Source: Eledone cirrhosa
Lineage: Eukaryota
Reading direction: 5' to 3'
Length of the DNA stretch: 64,000 nucleotides
Assembly (NCBI GenBank): GCA_964016885.1
Contig: OZ024741.1
Span: 26,164,001-26,228,000 of the forward strand
Program-made: the position numbers and the translations under genes
The notes under the pieces: generated by a model
The model's input: only the letters and a program-made list of their open reading frames with translations
Databases searched by the model: none
What the model was told of the DNA's origin: nothing
Shown here: positions 36,640 through 49,914 of the stretch, one piece after another
How the letters are laid out: the number at the start of each line of letters is the position of its first letter
Position numbering within the stretch: the stretch's first letter is position 1

Positions 36640-37797
36640 ATTACGTAGGTAGAAATAGCAACGTTCATTGACACGTCGTGATGTAGAGGAGTGAGCCAAT
36701 AGATTTGTAAGTTACGAGTTCTTCACTGTCGGAATGAAGGTAGTATGGGGGAGGGGCAAGTTTCGTTAAACTGGCCAAGTACAGTTTTGGCAAAGTAGAC
36801 CAGCGGAAGTGATATCATGTTGGTACTATGTAAAGTGGGTTGGAAACCACATTGAGTAGGAGTTAGTGAGAAAGGAAGAGATATATCTACTATTAAGAGT
36901 TATATATATATATATATATATATATACAGAGAGAGGGAGGGAGTTTGCAGATTGAGAAAAAAAAGTAGCTATTACCGTGGTTGTGTCACCGAAGACTTGG
37001 TCTTTGAATTTATGCGTAATTTCTGTTAATAAAATTTTTATCAATGTGAAAACGATGTTGCAAGTGAGAGGTGTAAACAGATTATGGAGGTGTGATATAT
37101 GGAGTTTACAATATCATGCTCACTCACAGATACGAAGAGAGATGATAACAATATAAATATTAGAGAGAAGGGGGGGATGGATGAGTGAGAAAGACAAAAA
37201 CAAGAAAATAAAACTGAAAAAGAAAGACAGAAATAGTTTGACATTCTAAAGCTGAAAGAGAGAGAGAAAAAGAAAGAAATAGACAAAAGTATAAATAAAG
37301 AGAGAAATAAAAAGAAAGAAACCGACAGAAGTATAAAGAGAGAGAGTGAGAAAAACAACAAGGTACTTTCTGACGTCGAGAAAGAGAGGGAGAGAGAGAA
37401 AGTATAGAAGTAGGGGAAGAGAGAGAGAGGGGAAATTTAGAAGCAGTGAGAGAGAGGAAGGTGTAGAAACAGTAAAAGAAAAATAGAGAGAAAGGTGTAG
37501 AACTAGGGAAAAAGAGAGAGAGGGAGTAGAAAAGAGAGAGAAAGGGGAAGGTGTAGAATCAGTGAAAGAGAGAGGGGTGTAGAAAGAGAGAGAGAGGGTG
37601 TGTGTGGAAAGAGTAAGAGAGAGAGAAGGGGGTGTAGAAAGAGTAAGAGAGAGAGAAAGGGGGGTAAGAGGCACTCTCTCACGTCGGCCGGTCTTCCGTA
37701 AGTTTAATGTCAGCAACGGGATAGTTTTATATTCAACAAGCATCTAGTGGATTGTTTTTTTTTTTACAGCAGTGAATATTTCTTGTTAACGGTAAGT
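36640..37797 (+). promoter_or_regulatory. Candidate promoter and first non-coding exon of a downstream transcription unit
   Basis: Local CpG retention; CCAAT at 36696, ETS-like CGGAAGTG at 36804, TGACGTC at 37371; strong donor ACG|GTAAGT at 37791/37792 followed by intron-like DNA. Inference only. Confidence 0.45.
37190..37670. repeat. Polypurine (GA-rich) tract with about 30-bp quasi-repeats
   Basis: Nearly all A/G on the + strand. Confidence 0.85.
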
Positions 37798-38409
37798 ACA
37801 GACAAAACCAATTATATATATATATACACATAAGTCTATCTGATTCAATAACCATCTACTAAAACTGTAATTTAGTGTGTTAATTCGCGCCAAACTCTCT
37901 TTAGACACCAAATCTGTCTGAGACAGTATTTACTATATATATATATTTATATGTTTGTATAATATTGCCATTTATGTACATTGACCTTACACTTCAGGCA
38001 CTTCGACGTTTTCACAGAATGTTGGAATTTGTCTGAGATAATTACATTAGTTATATATTTACTTAGTATTTTTTATTTTCATTCAATATTGGAATTTTTC
38101 TGGGATTTTCTTCTTCGAATAATCGTTAAGGTTTGACAGGGAACCTAAACAGACATCGGTCAACAGGTTTAAGCAGAGATTCCAGAGCTTAATTTCACAT
38201 GCTTTTCATAAACAGCGATTTAATTTTACAGAAGTAAATATATATTTACTGTCTTTTACTAGTATAGGAATGTGTGATTGCACCCTTACCCATCTTAGGA
38301 GGAAGGGTATATATATATATATATTTGTGTGTGTGTGTAGATCTTGTGTAAAATCGGGGGTATGAAACAGTTCTAGTCCTGTAGAAGCCATTTCTATATT
38401 AAATGTGTG

Positions 38410-38498
<89 letters not shown>

Positions 38499-41236
38499 AT
38501 ATATATATATATATATATGTGTGTGTATAAATATAAGGAACAATTTCACACTATATACACAGGAAAAATTGCCTTAATTTAATTTCGATGTAGTACCAGT
38601 AATATACGTGACATCTTCCAGTTGTCTATATTTCTTCAATCGAAAGCGAGGTACCTGTGTCTGGAAGTAAAACATTTAGGAGAATTTCTTTGAAAGTGGC
38701 AGAATTATTGGGACAAATTAATCAAAATTTAATAAATATAACGAAATTCAGTAGGCATAATCATGAGCTTTCCTACCCTTTTTTGTATATTTTAACTCTT
38801 GTGTTTTCGATGCCGTTTTGTCATGGGTTTTAATAAACCCTTACCTTTGATATTATTATTGTAACAAAAAATAATGCGATCTTCTTATTTCGAACGTGTA
38901 ATAATTGTTTTTCTGTTAGGGAAACTTTAGTTTTGTATATTAGTTAGATTTCGTTTGTATTTCAAGTACATAAATATATTTTGTTTACATTATTATCATC
39001 ATCATCATCAACAACAACACTGTTTAACGCCTGTTGAGACCAGATCCAGTCAGGTGATCACGTCTTGCTCATACGTTCCATATTTGGCATGGTTTCTAAG
39101 GCTGGATGCCCTCACTATCGCCAACAGCCCTACAGCATGTACTGGAGGAATTTTATGGTGGCACCTTACAAAGTGGACTAGGTGCTTTTTATTGTGGCAC
39201 TATTACTACCATGACGGCTGGGTGCGTTTTATCGTGGAACCAGCACTACCATTTTAAAGTGTGGACTAGGAACATTTTATCATGGCACCATCACTACCAT
39301 GTGGACTTGATGTGTTGTTTTTTTACCGTGACACCAGCACTAACACTTTACAACGTGTACTGGGAGCATTTTATCGTGGCACGTTTAAAGCAAAACATTT
39401 AAAATTTTGTGGAATAATTTTAGTAAATCGCTCCTTGTTCTTCATTAACTAATTCAAATACAGTGTATTTCGTTAGAAATACTGTAAAGAAAGTATTAAA
39501 ACACGGAAGGAACCTCCTATAGGAATCTGTTTAAACATACACAGGTATAAGCTGTAACATAATATGCTTTATGACAAGAAAAGTTTAAAGAATTTCATGT
39601 GACATGATGGGGCTGACGTATTGTGATGGGCCTAGGAATGGAAAAATGACTTCCATTGCTTTTAGATGGTTGACATTTCTCTCTAGCAATGTCATCAGTC
39701 TGACAGAATTAGTCAGCTGACAATTAAAGAAAATCCTAAAGGGGAGTTTATTATTTTCAGAAGTTTAGCATGAGAAAATGTTAAAGACCCAATCTTAAGT
39801 GATATTATGGGTGTATGCACAGGACCATTGTGTATTATAGTTTCTTATTTAGGCAAAAGGCCAAACATTTGTGGGCAGTGGAAAGTTGACTAAATCAACC
39901 TCAGTAGTTGACTGGTACTTTATTTTATCAACCTCGGTAGGATGAAGACAAAGATAACTCAGAAAATAAAGAGCCAGAAGAAATACTTTTGTGAATTTGT
40001 CTTACACTCATTTTTGTTTGTTAATAATGAAAATAGGATAACAGTATATTAGCCATGGTTGTTCTATGAAACAAACTGATATTTTAAAGGGTTCCTCCGA
40101 TAAGTTAACTCTTCCAGCATAATTTTATATAGGAACCATATTTTAAGTTACTATTTTAATAGCACAGTAAGGTGTGTTTTTTTTTTTTTACTGTGGCATC
40201 AGCACTACCACTTTACAGAGTGTACGAGAAGCATCTTATTGTGACACCTAAATAAATTGAAAGCAAAACGTTTAAAATTTTCTAATAATTTTAGTAAATC
40301 TCTACAAGTTCTTTATTAACTAATTCAAATGCTGTGTATTTCAATAGAAATATGGCAACAGAAGGTTTAAAACACTAAAGAAACCTGCCTATAGGAGGCT
40401 GGCTAAACATATACCATAAAGCATATTGTTGTTACAGCTCTGGTCAAGCAGGCCTATGATTATAGGCTTTCCAGTCTATTTTTTCTATGTCTAGGGAACC
40501 TAAGATGATATCCACCAACCTGCTAGAAGTAACTTTCAAATTCCTTAGACTCCTCATTCAAACATCACTTCTACAACTAAAGTATATTTACATTTATACA
40601 AGACAGACAATTATTTTAACTCTCCTCTATTCTACAAAACTTCTAACAGTTGCTAGACTTATTCCATGTTGCAACCCAACTTAGCTTCAAAGGGGTGTCA
40701 TATTTTAGAGTATGTAATCATTTGGACAATATGTCCCCAGTCCCACCTACAATAAAGATAGGATGGTTATCTATGGAATGCATATCAAACAATGTAGTGG
40801 TCTCTATATTTGTATAAATGCATATGAATGACACTTGACAATTTTGTTTATGTAATCTAGTTGTCAAAGCCAACACTACATGTTAATGTGTGGGGGTGTT
40901 AGCAGCTGTCTGTGATTATTACATCTATAAATTAGTATCAATTTGGTTAATGAGAAATTTGAGGAATTGCTGTGACAGGAACACAAGAAAGGGGCTTTCA
41001 TAGAAGCTCCCTTGGAAGGTTGAAGTTCTTCATATATTTTTACGTCCATTTTTTCCATGCCTGCCTTGGTTGGACTCTTAAATTTTGGGAAGGTTTTACT
41101 GGCTGGATGTCCTTCCTATAACCAATTACTTTACATCATGAACTGGTTGCATTTTATTGTACCACCATCACTAGAGAGGTTGTCTGACTGATTTTATTCA
41201 AAGTAACTACCCTCCTAGATGGGTTGCCTTTGCTAC

Positions 41237-41622
41237 GGCTTACAGAGCCCACGTCTACCATGTGCTGGCTTACAAAGCCCACGTCTACCATGTGCTGGCT
41301 TACAGAGCCCATGTCTACCATGTGCTGGCTTACAGAGCCCACGTCTACCTCGTGCTGGCTTACAGAGCCCACGTCTACCTCGTGCTGGCTTACAGAGCCC
41401 ACGTCTACCTCGTGCTGGCTTACAGAGCCCACGTCTACCATGTGCTGGCTTACAGAGCCCACGTCTACCACGTGCTGGCTTACAGAACCCATGTCTACCA
41501 CGTGCTGGCTTACAGAACCCATGTCTACCACGTGCTGGCTTACAGAACCCACGTCTACCATGTGCTGGCCTACAGAGCCCATGTCTACCATGTGCTGGCC
41601 TACAGAGCCCATGTTTACATGC
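41237..41622. repeat. 30-bp minisatellite (gcttacagagcccacgtctaccatgtgctg), about 13 copies
   Basis: Tandem units visible; explains four overlapping repetitive ORFs. Confidence 0.95.
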
Positions 41623-42425
41623 AGCCTTATTTATTCACAGTAACTGTCCTCCTAGATGGGTTACTGCCTTCTCTGCAGCTTACAGGGCCATTGTTGAGGT
41701 TGAACATCCTCTTGTATCCACCAGATATCAATAAAATAAGTCCTAATGACTGAGGTTATAGATGACTGAACAAAATCGAGTATTCCTCAAGCAGCTCAGT
41801 CTACCTAGGCTGTAAACAGGTACCACAAGGTAAGACTAACACATGACTGTAACAATCATTGGTCTGTTGGTGTTGATTTCAATCCTTGTGGATCTTTTAG
41901 TATAATGGGCTCTACTAACCACACTTACATTGTGTCCATAGGATCTGTGTGGACCAGCTTTCAATAGATATTTTTATTTATCCCCAGGTCAGTCATGATT
42001 GAGCAGGTCTATTATTGATGTTCCATCTTGTATTTTGTATATTTATTTTGTAATCTGTCCTGCTTTTCTTTTTTTAAGATGACAGGATGTAATTTAACAG
42101 AGGTTTTGCTGCTATTGGTTACTCGGTGACCTTACAGTCCTCTGAATTATGATACTTACCTGTATATACTAGAAGTGGTGACCCTTGTACTTTGTCCATT
42201 GTTTTTGTCTGTCTGCCTTTCATAGTATTGAAGGTTGGACAGTTGTTACAACTTGAGTCAGTTCTTATTCAGAGTTATTTGCTTTTCTAGATCAATTGGT
42301 CAACCATGTCTTGCTTGTAGATTTTATATTTTCTCTATTTAAATCTTTTAACATCTTGGACCAAATTTCACCCACCCAGATTCTTTGCAAAGAGGTTAGT
42401 CCTTTGCTCTAGATGCACCTCATAT

Positions 42426-42900
42426 ACAGGGTTATTCAAAGACAATGAACCGATTTCATGACGCATTGCTTCAGTTCTCAAGCATCGTCATGGAATGAGT
42501 CAGTGACCATTTGAAAGAGGAGTTTTCTAAGTTTTGAATGGCTGCCACAGGAGCGCTGTAGTTGCGTCGTTCCTCCGGCAACGTTCAGTTGTTTGTTTAC
42601 CCTCAGAATGGCGAGTCCTCAGCAAAAGGCGTTCTTTGTGCTTGGCCTGCGAGATCCCCAGACCTCACCATGTGTGATTTTTTTCTTGTGGGGTATGTAA
42701 AAGATCGCGTTTATGATCCCCCGCTACCCACTAACCTCGATAACCTTAAACATCGAATAACAACAGCAATCAACTCAGTGGATCGTGATATGCTGATGTG
42801 CATCTGGGAGGAATTCTCTTATCGCATTGATGTTGCCCGTGTTGCAGGTAGTGACCACATTGAACACTTGTAAGACAGAAAATAAAAGTTGATTGTGAGT
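42426..42900 (+). mobile_element. Tc1/mariner superfamily (rosa/DD41D-like) deletion derivative
   Basis: TA+cagggttattcaaa left end; MASPQQKAF fused to WPARSPDLTMCDFFLVGYVKDRVY...HIEHL; right TIR not seen. Confidence 0.8.
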
Positions 42901-43995
42901 AGAATACTTGTGACTTAGCTGGAGTTTTCTATTGCTTTTGCTTATTAAAATATTGCGTTATGAAATATTATTGGGACTGGATTTAAAAGATCAGCAAAAT
43001 ATTCTCGCCACCGTGTGAGAATGCATCTCTCTTCAGAGAGAAGAACCTGAGACGAGTTCCTTAAAGTAGGTGTGGAGGAAGGCTTCTTATTTTTGAAGTC
43101 GGTGGATGGTCTGCCAGAATACTTTATTTGCTGATCTGAAATCAGATTCCAGCTTAACCCCAAAGTCCCTCCCACCCATGTCTTAATCTTAAATGCCTTT
43201 ACTGTCTCTATATAATTTTTCACACCTGCTTCTACCGCAAGTACAAGAAGAGGGACTTATTTCCAAGCCAAGCTTTGTAAACCTTCTTTGTTTGGTGGGG
43301 CTTGATTTCTATGGCTGGATGCCCTTCCTAGCACTAATCACTTTACAGTGTGTACTGAGTGTGTTAATCCTGGCACCAACACTAGAGAGGTTACTTAAGT
43401 ATTCTGTACTCTATAAAAGGTTACTTAAGGGCATGGTTAAAAGAAGCAGGAAGTATTGACCAGGGTGAAAGAGAAGTCAGGATAAATGTAAGTGGGGCAG
43501 TGGAAATAATGGCTTAGGGTTTAGGGAGAGGAACTGTCAGTGGGAGGACCAAAGAATAGATGTTCTTAATGTTGAGGCCAATCTTAAACAAAACTATGAT
43601 TAAAGGTGTTCCATTTGTGACCAACCTGCCTCATGTATTTTTTTCTAGATAAAATACATCTTGGATTTCATTATCCAATGTTTCCTTCCTTTTTTTTTTT
43701 TTTAGAAAAAGGAGATTTTGCTGTGATTTCCAACATGTCGCTACCCTCATTGGTTCATATAAAGTTGAAAATCTAGGAAGTGTATGAGGGGGAAGTATTA
43801 ATAGAGATGGATGGGAATATATTGATGAAGAAGTGGGAAGATAATCAAAGACAAGGCACTAATAACACAGGTTGTGATACCAGTTGTTGTTGTTTAGCTC
43901 CAGGCCATTCCTGATCCAGCAGACATATGATGAAAGGTGTTCTAGTTGTCATCATGTTATCTTATTTTGTGTTTGTATTACTGTGTATCTGGTTA

Positions 43996-45122
43996 AGAAT
44001 AGGTGCATCATATCTCTCCATGTCATAGAATAGGTGCATCATATCTCTCCATGTCATAGAATAGGTGCATCATATCTCTCCATGTCATAGAATAGGTGCA
44101 TCATATCTCTCCATGTCATAGAATAGGTGCATCATATCTCTCCATGTCATAGAATAGGTGCATCATATCTCTCCATGTCATAGAATAGGTGCATCATATC
44201 TCTCCATGTCATAGAATAGGTGCATCATATCTCTCCATGTCATAGAATAGGTGCATCATATCTCTCCATGTCATAGAATAGGTGCATCATATCTCTCCAT
44301 GTCATAGAATAGGTGCATCATATCTCTCCATGTCATAGAATAGGTGCATCATATCTCTCCATGTCATAGAATAGGTGCATCATATCTCTCCATGTCATAG
44401 AATAGGTGCATCATATCTCTCCATGTCATAGAATAGGTGCATCATATCTCTCCATGTCATAAGAATAGGTGCATCATATCTCTCCATGTCATAGAATAGG
44501 TGCATCATATCTTTCCATGTCATAGAATAGCTGCATCATATCTCTCCATGTCATAAGAATAGGTGCATCATATCTCTCCATGTCATAAGAATAGGTGCAT
44601 CATATCTCTCCATGTCATAGAATAGGTGCATCATATCTCTCCATGTCATAAGAATAGGTGCATCATATCTCTCCATGTCATAAGAATAGGTGCATCATAT
44701 CTCTCCATGTCATAGAATAGGTGCATCATATCTCTCCATGTCATAGAATAGGTGCATCATATCTCTCCATGTCATAAGAATAGGTGCATCATATCTCTCC
44801 ATGTCATAGAATAGGTGCATCATATCTCTCCATGTCATAGAATAGGTGCATCATATCTCTCCATGTCATAGAATAGGTGCATCATATCTCTCCATGTCAT
44901 AAGAATAGGTGCATCATATCTCTCCATGTCATAGAATAGGTGCATCATATCTCTCCATGTCATAAGAATAGGTGCATCATATCACTACATGTCATAGAAT
45001 AGGTGCATCATATCTCTCCATGTCATAAGAATAGGTGCATCATATCTCTCCATGTCATAAGAATAGGTGCATCATATCTCTCCATGTCATAAGAATAGGT
45101 GCATCATATCTCTCCATGTCAT
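43996..45122. repeat. 31/32-bp satellite (agaataggtgcatcatatctctccatgtcat[a]), about 36 near-identical copies
   Basis: Tandem units visible. Confidence 0.97.
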
Positions 45123-46042
45123 GAGTGGCAACTAAAAGGGTTGGTGCCACAAATGGCATCTAGCTGTAAAACATTGTCTCAAAAAGGATCTCATGATGAG
45201 TAAGAGGCCTGTTATGGGGCCCTGCAAGGCTGAACCCTGCTTTAACAGGGAAAATTACTTTAAAATACTTTTTTGTTTTCTCATGTAGTGTATCTGAGTG
45301 CTTCTTTATTTTATTATGAAAATTTGTAATTGGAGTGAAATTTGGCTGTTATTTCTAGCAGGTTGAGTGACTGCATAGAGGTTTCCCTTCAACTTGCCAG
45401 TTTAAGATCCAAGTATTTCTTCCAATAGGGAGAAAGTTTTGCCATATCAATTGCCATCATCATTGTTTTTACACATCTACTTTTCTATGCTGGCATGGGT
45501 AGGACAAGGCATCTTGAGGCAGTTTTCTGGGTGTCCTTCCTCACACTAGCCTATACAATCTCATATATTTCATCATCTTTGTTGAACTAAATTACAGGAC
45601 AAATTGTTTATAAGGAATATAAACATCATCGCTTGCTTTAACTCTTTACATCCTGTATCACATGAAAGAGGCATTCTTGAAAAATACAAAACAGTAGTGA
45701 TTGCATCACTTAAATAACTGCACTTTTTGGTTACTGCAAATTTTCACAATTTGTCCATTAGTAACATTAGTAGATATAATTAAACATTTGAATTAACCTG
45801 GTTTTAGATATTTTCTGTTAAATCAGGATATTAAGAGTTAAACATTGTCAAAACGAAGATACACACAGTAAACTGACACTCACACACATATATCTATCTA
45901 TCTATCTAAGGCAGGTAAAATTCCCGAGATCCATGGACGAGTTCTCTCCAGCGGTCTCTGTCCCTCATTATCGCTGCCATGTCCTGCGTCTCCAACAGAC
46001 CAGTGTCTGTCCTTAGGGCATCAACATACGTATATATATATA

Positions 46043-46318
46043 CAATATATTAATAAATGGAAACTATATTTATAAAACCATAATTATTATATATATTTCA
46101 AGGGCTACCGAGGCAGTCTTGGTGCGCTTACATCAGATAAAATACAAGATTTGTTTTATAAATATTGACATAACCGTGGAAAAACAACCTTGACGGTTGA
46201 AAGTTCGCTTGTATTTTATCTGATGAAAGCTCACCAAGACTGCCTTGGTAGCCCTTGAAATATATATAATAAAATAACTATGGTTTTATAAATATAGTTT
46301 CCATTTATTAATATATTG
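46043..46318. repeat. Long inverted repeat (about 105-bp arms, about 58-bp loop), Penelope pseudo-LTR-like
   Basis: 46043-46149 is the reverse complement of 46208-46318. Confidence 0.9.
46212..46276 (+). ncRNA. Type I minimal hammerhead ribozyme motif
   Basis: Stem I tattttat/ataaaata (8 bp), CTGATGA, stem II aag..accaag-actgc-cttggt..ctt, GAAA-T-ATAT-A-TA cleavage triplet. Confidence 0.7.
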
Positions 46319-46824
46319 AATATTTACTCCAGTAACTTGTTGAGTGCTTTATATCAGTTATAAACTTTTAAGCTTGTTGGAATCCCAACAAATTAAATAT
46401 AACTTCTGCATATATATATATACTGTAAATATGGTTGGCATTTGGAAGGGCATCCAGCCATTCAAACTGGGCTAGAAGCAGTCTTGTATGAGCAAGACAC
46501 TGTCACCTGACCCGACTTGCTTCAAGTAAGACAACCCGTCTAACCTATGGAAAAATGGACATTAAACGATGATGATATATATATATACACACACACACAC
46601 ATACAACAGGATTCTTTACAGTGTTTGTCTACCAAATTTACTGACAAGTCATTGGTCAGTTCAAAACTGTAGTAAAAGACACTTGTCCAAAGTGCCACAC
46701 AATCTGTTGAAACTTCAAACCACAGCAAACATTACATGTATGAAACTAATTACAAGTAGGACACAGGTTAGTTATTTGCTTAATTAGGTAAGAAAAGAAA
46801 CATACCCAGTGATTGGCATAACAT

Positions 46825-48090
46825 TTCAACTGTTACAAAGGCAAAGGGGATGCACTGGAGACAGGTAGTTATAGGGACATCAAATTATTGGATCAGATTA
46901 TGAAGGTTACTGAAAGAATAATAGCAAAACTGATTATTGACAGAATTAATCTTGATGAGATACAGTTTAACTTTATGTCAGGTAGAAACATTACTAATGC
47001 CATCTTCTTAGCAAAACAGCTGCAGAAGTACTTAGCTAAGAATAAGCCTGAAAAAAGCCTTTGACAAAATCCCATACTTTGTAATTTGGGGGTTGCTTAG
47101 GAAGCTAGGGATGTATAAATAGCTTGTGATGGCTGTACAAGTCATGTACAGCGGTGCAATCAGCAAGTTAAGAGTTAACAATGTGTACAGTGATGAATTT
47201 AGTGTGAAAGCTGGAGTCTACCGGGGCTTAGTTCATAGGCACCTCCTGTTTATTATAATCCCCCAGACTGTAACAGAATTCAAGAATGGCTGCCCATGGG
47301 AGCTCCTATATGCTGATGATCTAGCACTCATAGCAGAAAATGTAGAAGAATTATAGAAGAAATTACAGACATAGAAACAAAATATGGAAGTAAAAGAATT
47401 TAAAGTAAACTTAGCAAAGATTGAATTTCTAGTACGTAGGAAAAGGTTAGGACTCTGCTACCATAAGGAAAATGGTTGTGTTTAATAAGCAGAAGAGGTA
47501 CATTAATATCACAGTCTGACAGAGAAGGTAGACTCCTGTATATGGCATTACACAGGAGTAGTCAACAGTAAGGTTACCCATGAAATAAAACTTCCCAAAT
47601 GTGCAGAAGGCTCACTAAAAGTAGTAGAAAACTTTTGCTATCTAGGTAACTTCATTAACAATGGAGGTGGATGTACTGAAAATGTAGCCAGAGTAAGAAC
47701 AGGGTGGAAGAAGTTTACTTCTGCTAACAACAATCAGCTTCTTTCTCAGAGTGAAAGTTAGACTGTATGATGTCTGTGTTGAAACTGCAATACTGCATGG
47801 TAACAAGACACTGGCTCTGAATGCAGAAGAGTTGCAACTGCTGGATGTGTAATGTGTGCAGAAACTGTTGAGCACAATTGAGCTGAATATTAGAGGAATC
47901 AGGTGTAGTGTGCAAGAGATGGCTGTGTTAGTATGGACTTGTGATGTGTATGGAGAATTATAACTATGAAGAAATGCTGAGCACTTGAAGTAGATTGGAC
48001 ATGTGGAAGGAGATTATAGAAAACATAGGACTGAGTGGTGAAGAATAACCTCAAGAAACTGAACCACACGAAGTAGATGACACAAGACTG
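46825..48090 (+). mobile_element. Heavily decayed RTE LINE
   Basis: NCYKGKGDAL..YRDIKLLDQIMK, GCPWELLYADDL; many stops and frameshifts. Confidence 0.85.
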
Positions 48091-49736
48091 TGCAGATCAG
48101 AGACTTACTATGTGTGAGGAGGTCCGTCCACCAGTACAAACACAGTAACATGGATTATTTGAAAAAATTAAAGGTGGTGGCAGCAGCATTTAACCCTTCA
48201 TTACTGTATATATACTATTATATTTTCACAGTAAAGGCTTTACCTCACATGATATTGAATCTATGAGATTTTGATATTATTTATTTTCAGAACAATGCCT
48301 TAATGTCAGTATGAGTGGCCGGTTACAGCCGGTTTGAACAAAAAGAGTTGAGAAAATTCTGGCCAGATACAGCTGGTTTAAACACTAAAGGGTTAAGATG
48401 TATTCACAACTCTCTCTTCTGTGACCACACTATGATACCAACTAGACTATATTGATTAAAAGGAGTGGGGAGGGAAAATGATTGGCTGATTGGCACCTCT
48501 CCACATCATTTCACCAGTTCCCATCACCATTATTATCTCTATCACTCTTAGTAACACCATTATGCTCTCCCTCTTGTTTCCATTAACACTTCCACACACT
48601 TTGTCTCTCTTTCCTATTAACACTATCTCTCTCTCTCTCTCATTATCACTATCACTTTCTCTCTCTCTCCTATTAACACTATCACTTTATCTCTCTCACA
48701 CCATCACCCCTTACCTTGACATTGGATCTAATATTTACATCATACTTTCTCTCCCTAATAAGTCCTCTTGTTGACATTTTCCACTCCAATTCACCATCAT
48801 TTATAATATCCATTACTTTCACCCATATTCAATACTATCACACACACACCCTCTCTTCTGCATGAGATTCTCGACAGACATCTACCACTTTCTTCCCTCT
48901 GGTACTCATCATCCACTCTCTCATATCATGCTATTCTATCCTGTTGCTCATGTTGGTTTCCTACCCATCAAACCACTCTTGCTCTCCATTCTACCAAACC
49001 ATCAGTCTGTTTTTTCCTATCTTCTACCAACTCTGACAATTCCATAGCTTAAAGAATTAGTATATATACATACATGCATATATATGTTTGTGTGTGTATA
49101 CATACATCATCATCATCACCATCATTTAATGTCCATTTTCCACGCTAGTATGGGTAGAACGGGCTTTCCTTTTGTGAGAGATCAGGTCGGAGGACCTTGT
49201 TTCACTAACGCAGAAATATATATATATATATGTATGTATTGTTCAAATAAAGAAAGGTTGGTTGATCAAATAATCCACTGACTTTGGTTGTAAACAGACA
49301 TAAAACACTCCACAACTTGTGTTCCTTAAAGTATTAACAATAAGGTAGCAACCGGAGTGTCAAAATACTAAAGAAGAGAGATGGTTTTAAATGTACATCT
49401 TCTTTATATATGTATATATATGTATGTGTGTGTGTGTGTGTGCCGGGTTCAATTCGGGGTAACCACAGTAAGGTACTCAATACATTAGGAGAGTGTAAAC
49501 ATCATGATGATTTCTTTTGAATGAAACAGTTTTAGTCCTGTAGAAGCCATTTCTATATTAAACATGATATATGAGAGTCCACTAGGGTGTGGTGGGGCTG
49601 ATGTTGTTGTTAGAACTCAATGTATCCTTGGAAGGATAGTTACGGCAAGATTCAGCAGTGTGACCAGTTCTTGTGGTAGGTGGTCGCGGCCTAAGGTATC
49701 CTTGAAGACAATCTGTCTGGGTTACAGTCATTTACA

Positions 49737-49914
49737 TATATGTGTTTGAAACAGAAGTCAGGTGTAGGTAGAGGGATAGTTCATTGTTTTATGATCGTTT
49801 CAGAGGATTGATTGATCAGTGGAGATCAATGTATTGACTGAAACGATCGTAAAACAATGAACTAACTCTCTACCTACATCTGACTTCTGATTTTATTGTT
49901 CAAACACACATATG
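49737..49914. repeat. Inverted repeat (about 65-bp arms) with a half hammerhead motif GAAAC-GATC-GTA
   Basis: catatatgtgtttgaa..cagaagtcaggtgtaggtagag..gatcgtttcag versus ctgaaacgatc..ctctacctacatctgacttctg..ttcaaacacacatatg. Confidence 0.8.

Noticed and set aside
43996-45122. Regular about 31-bp repeats resembling a CRISPR array
   Set aside because: No unique spacers, no cas genes, eukaryotic context; a plain tandem satellite
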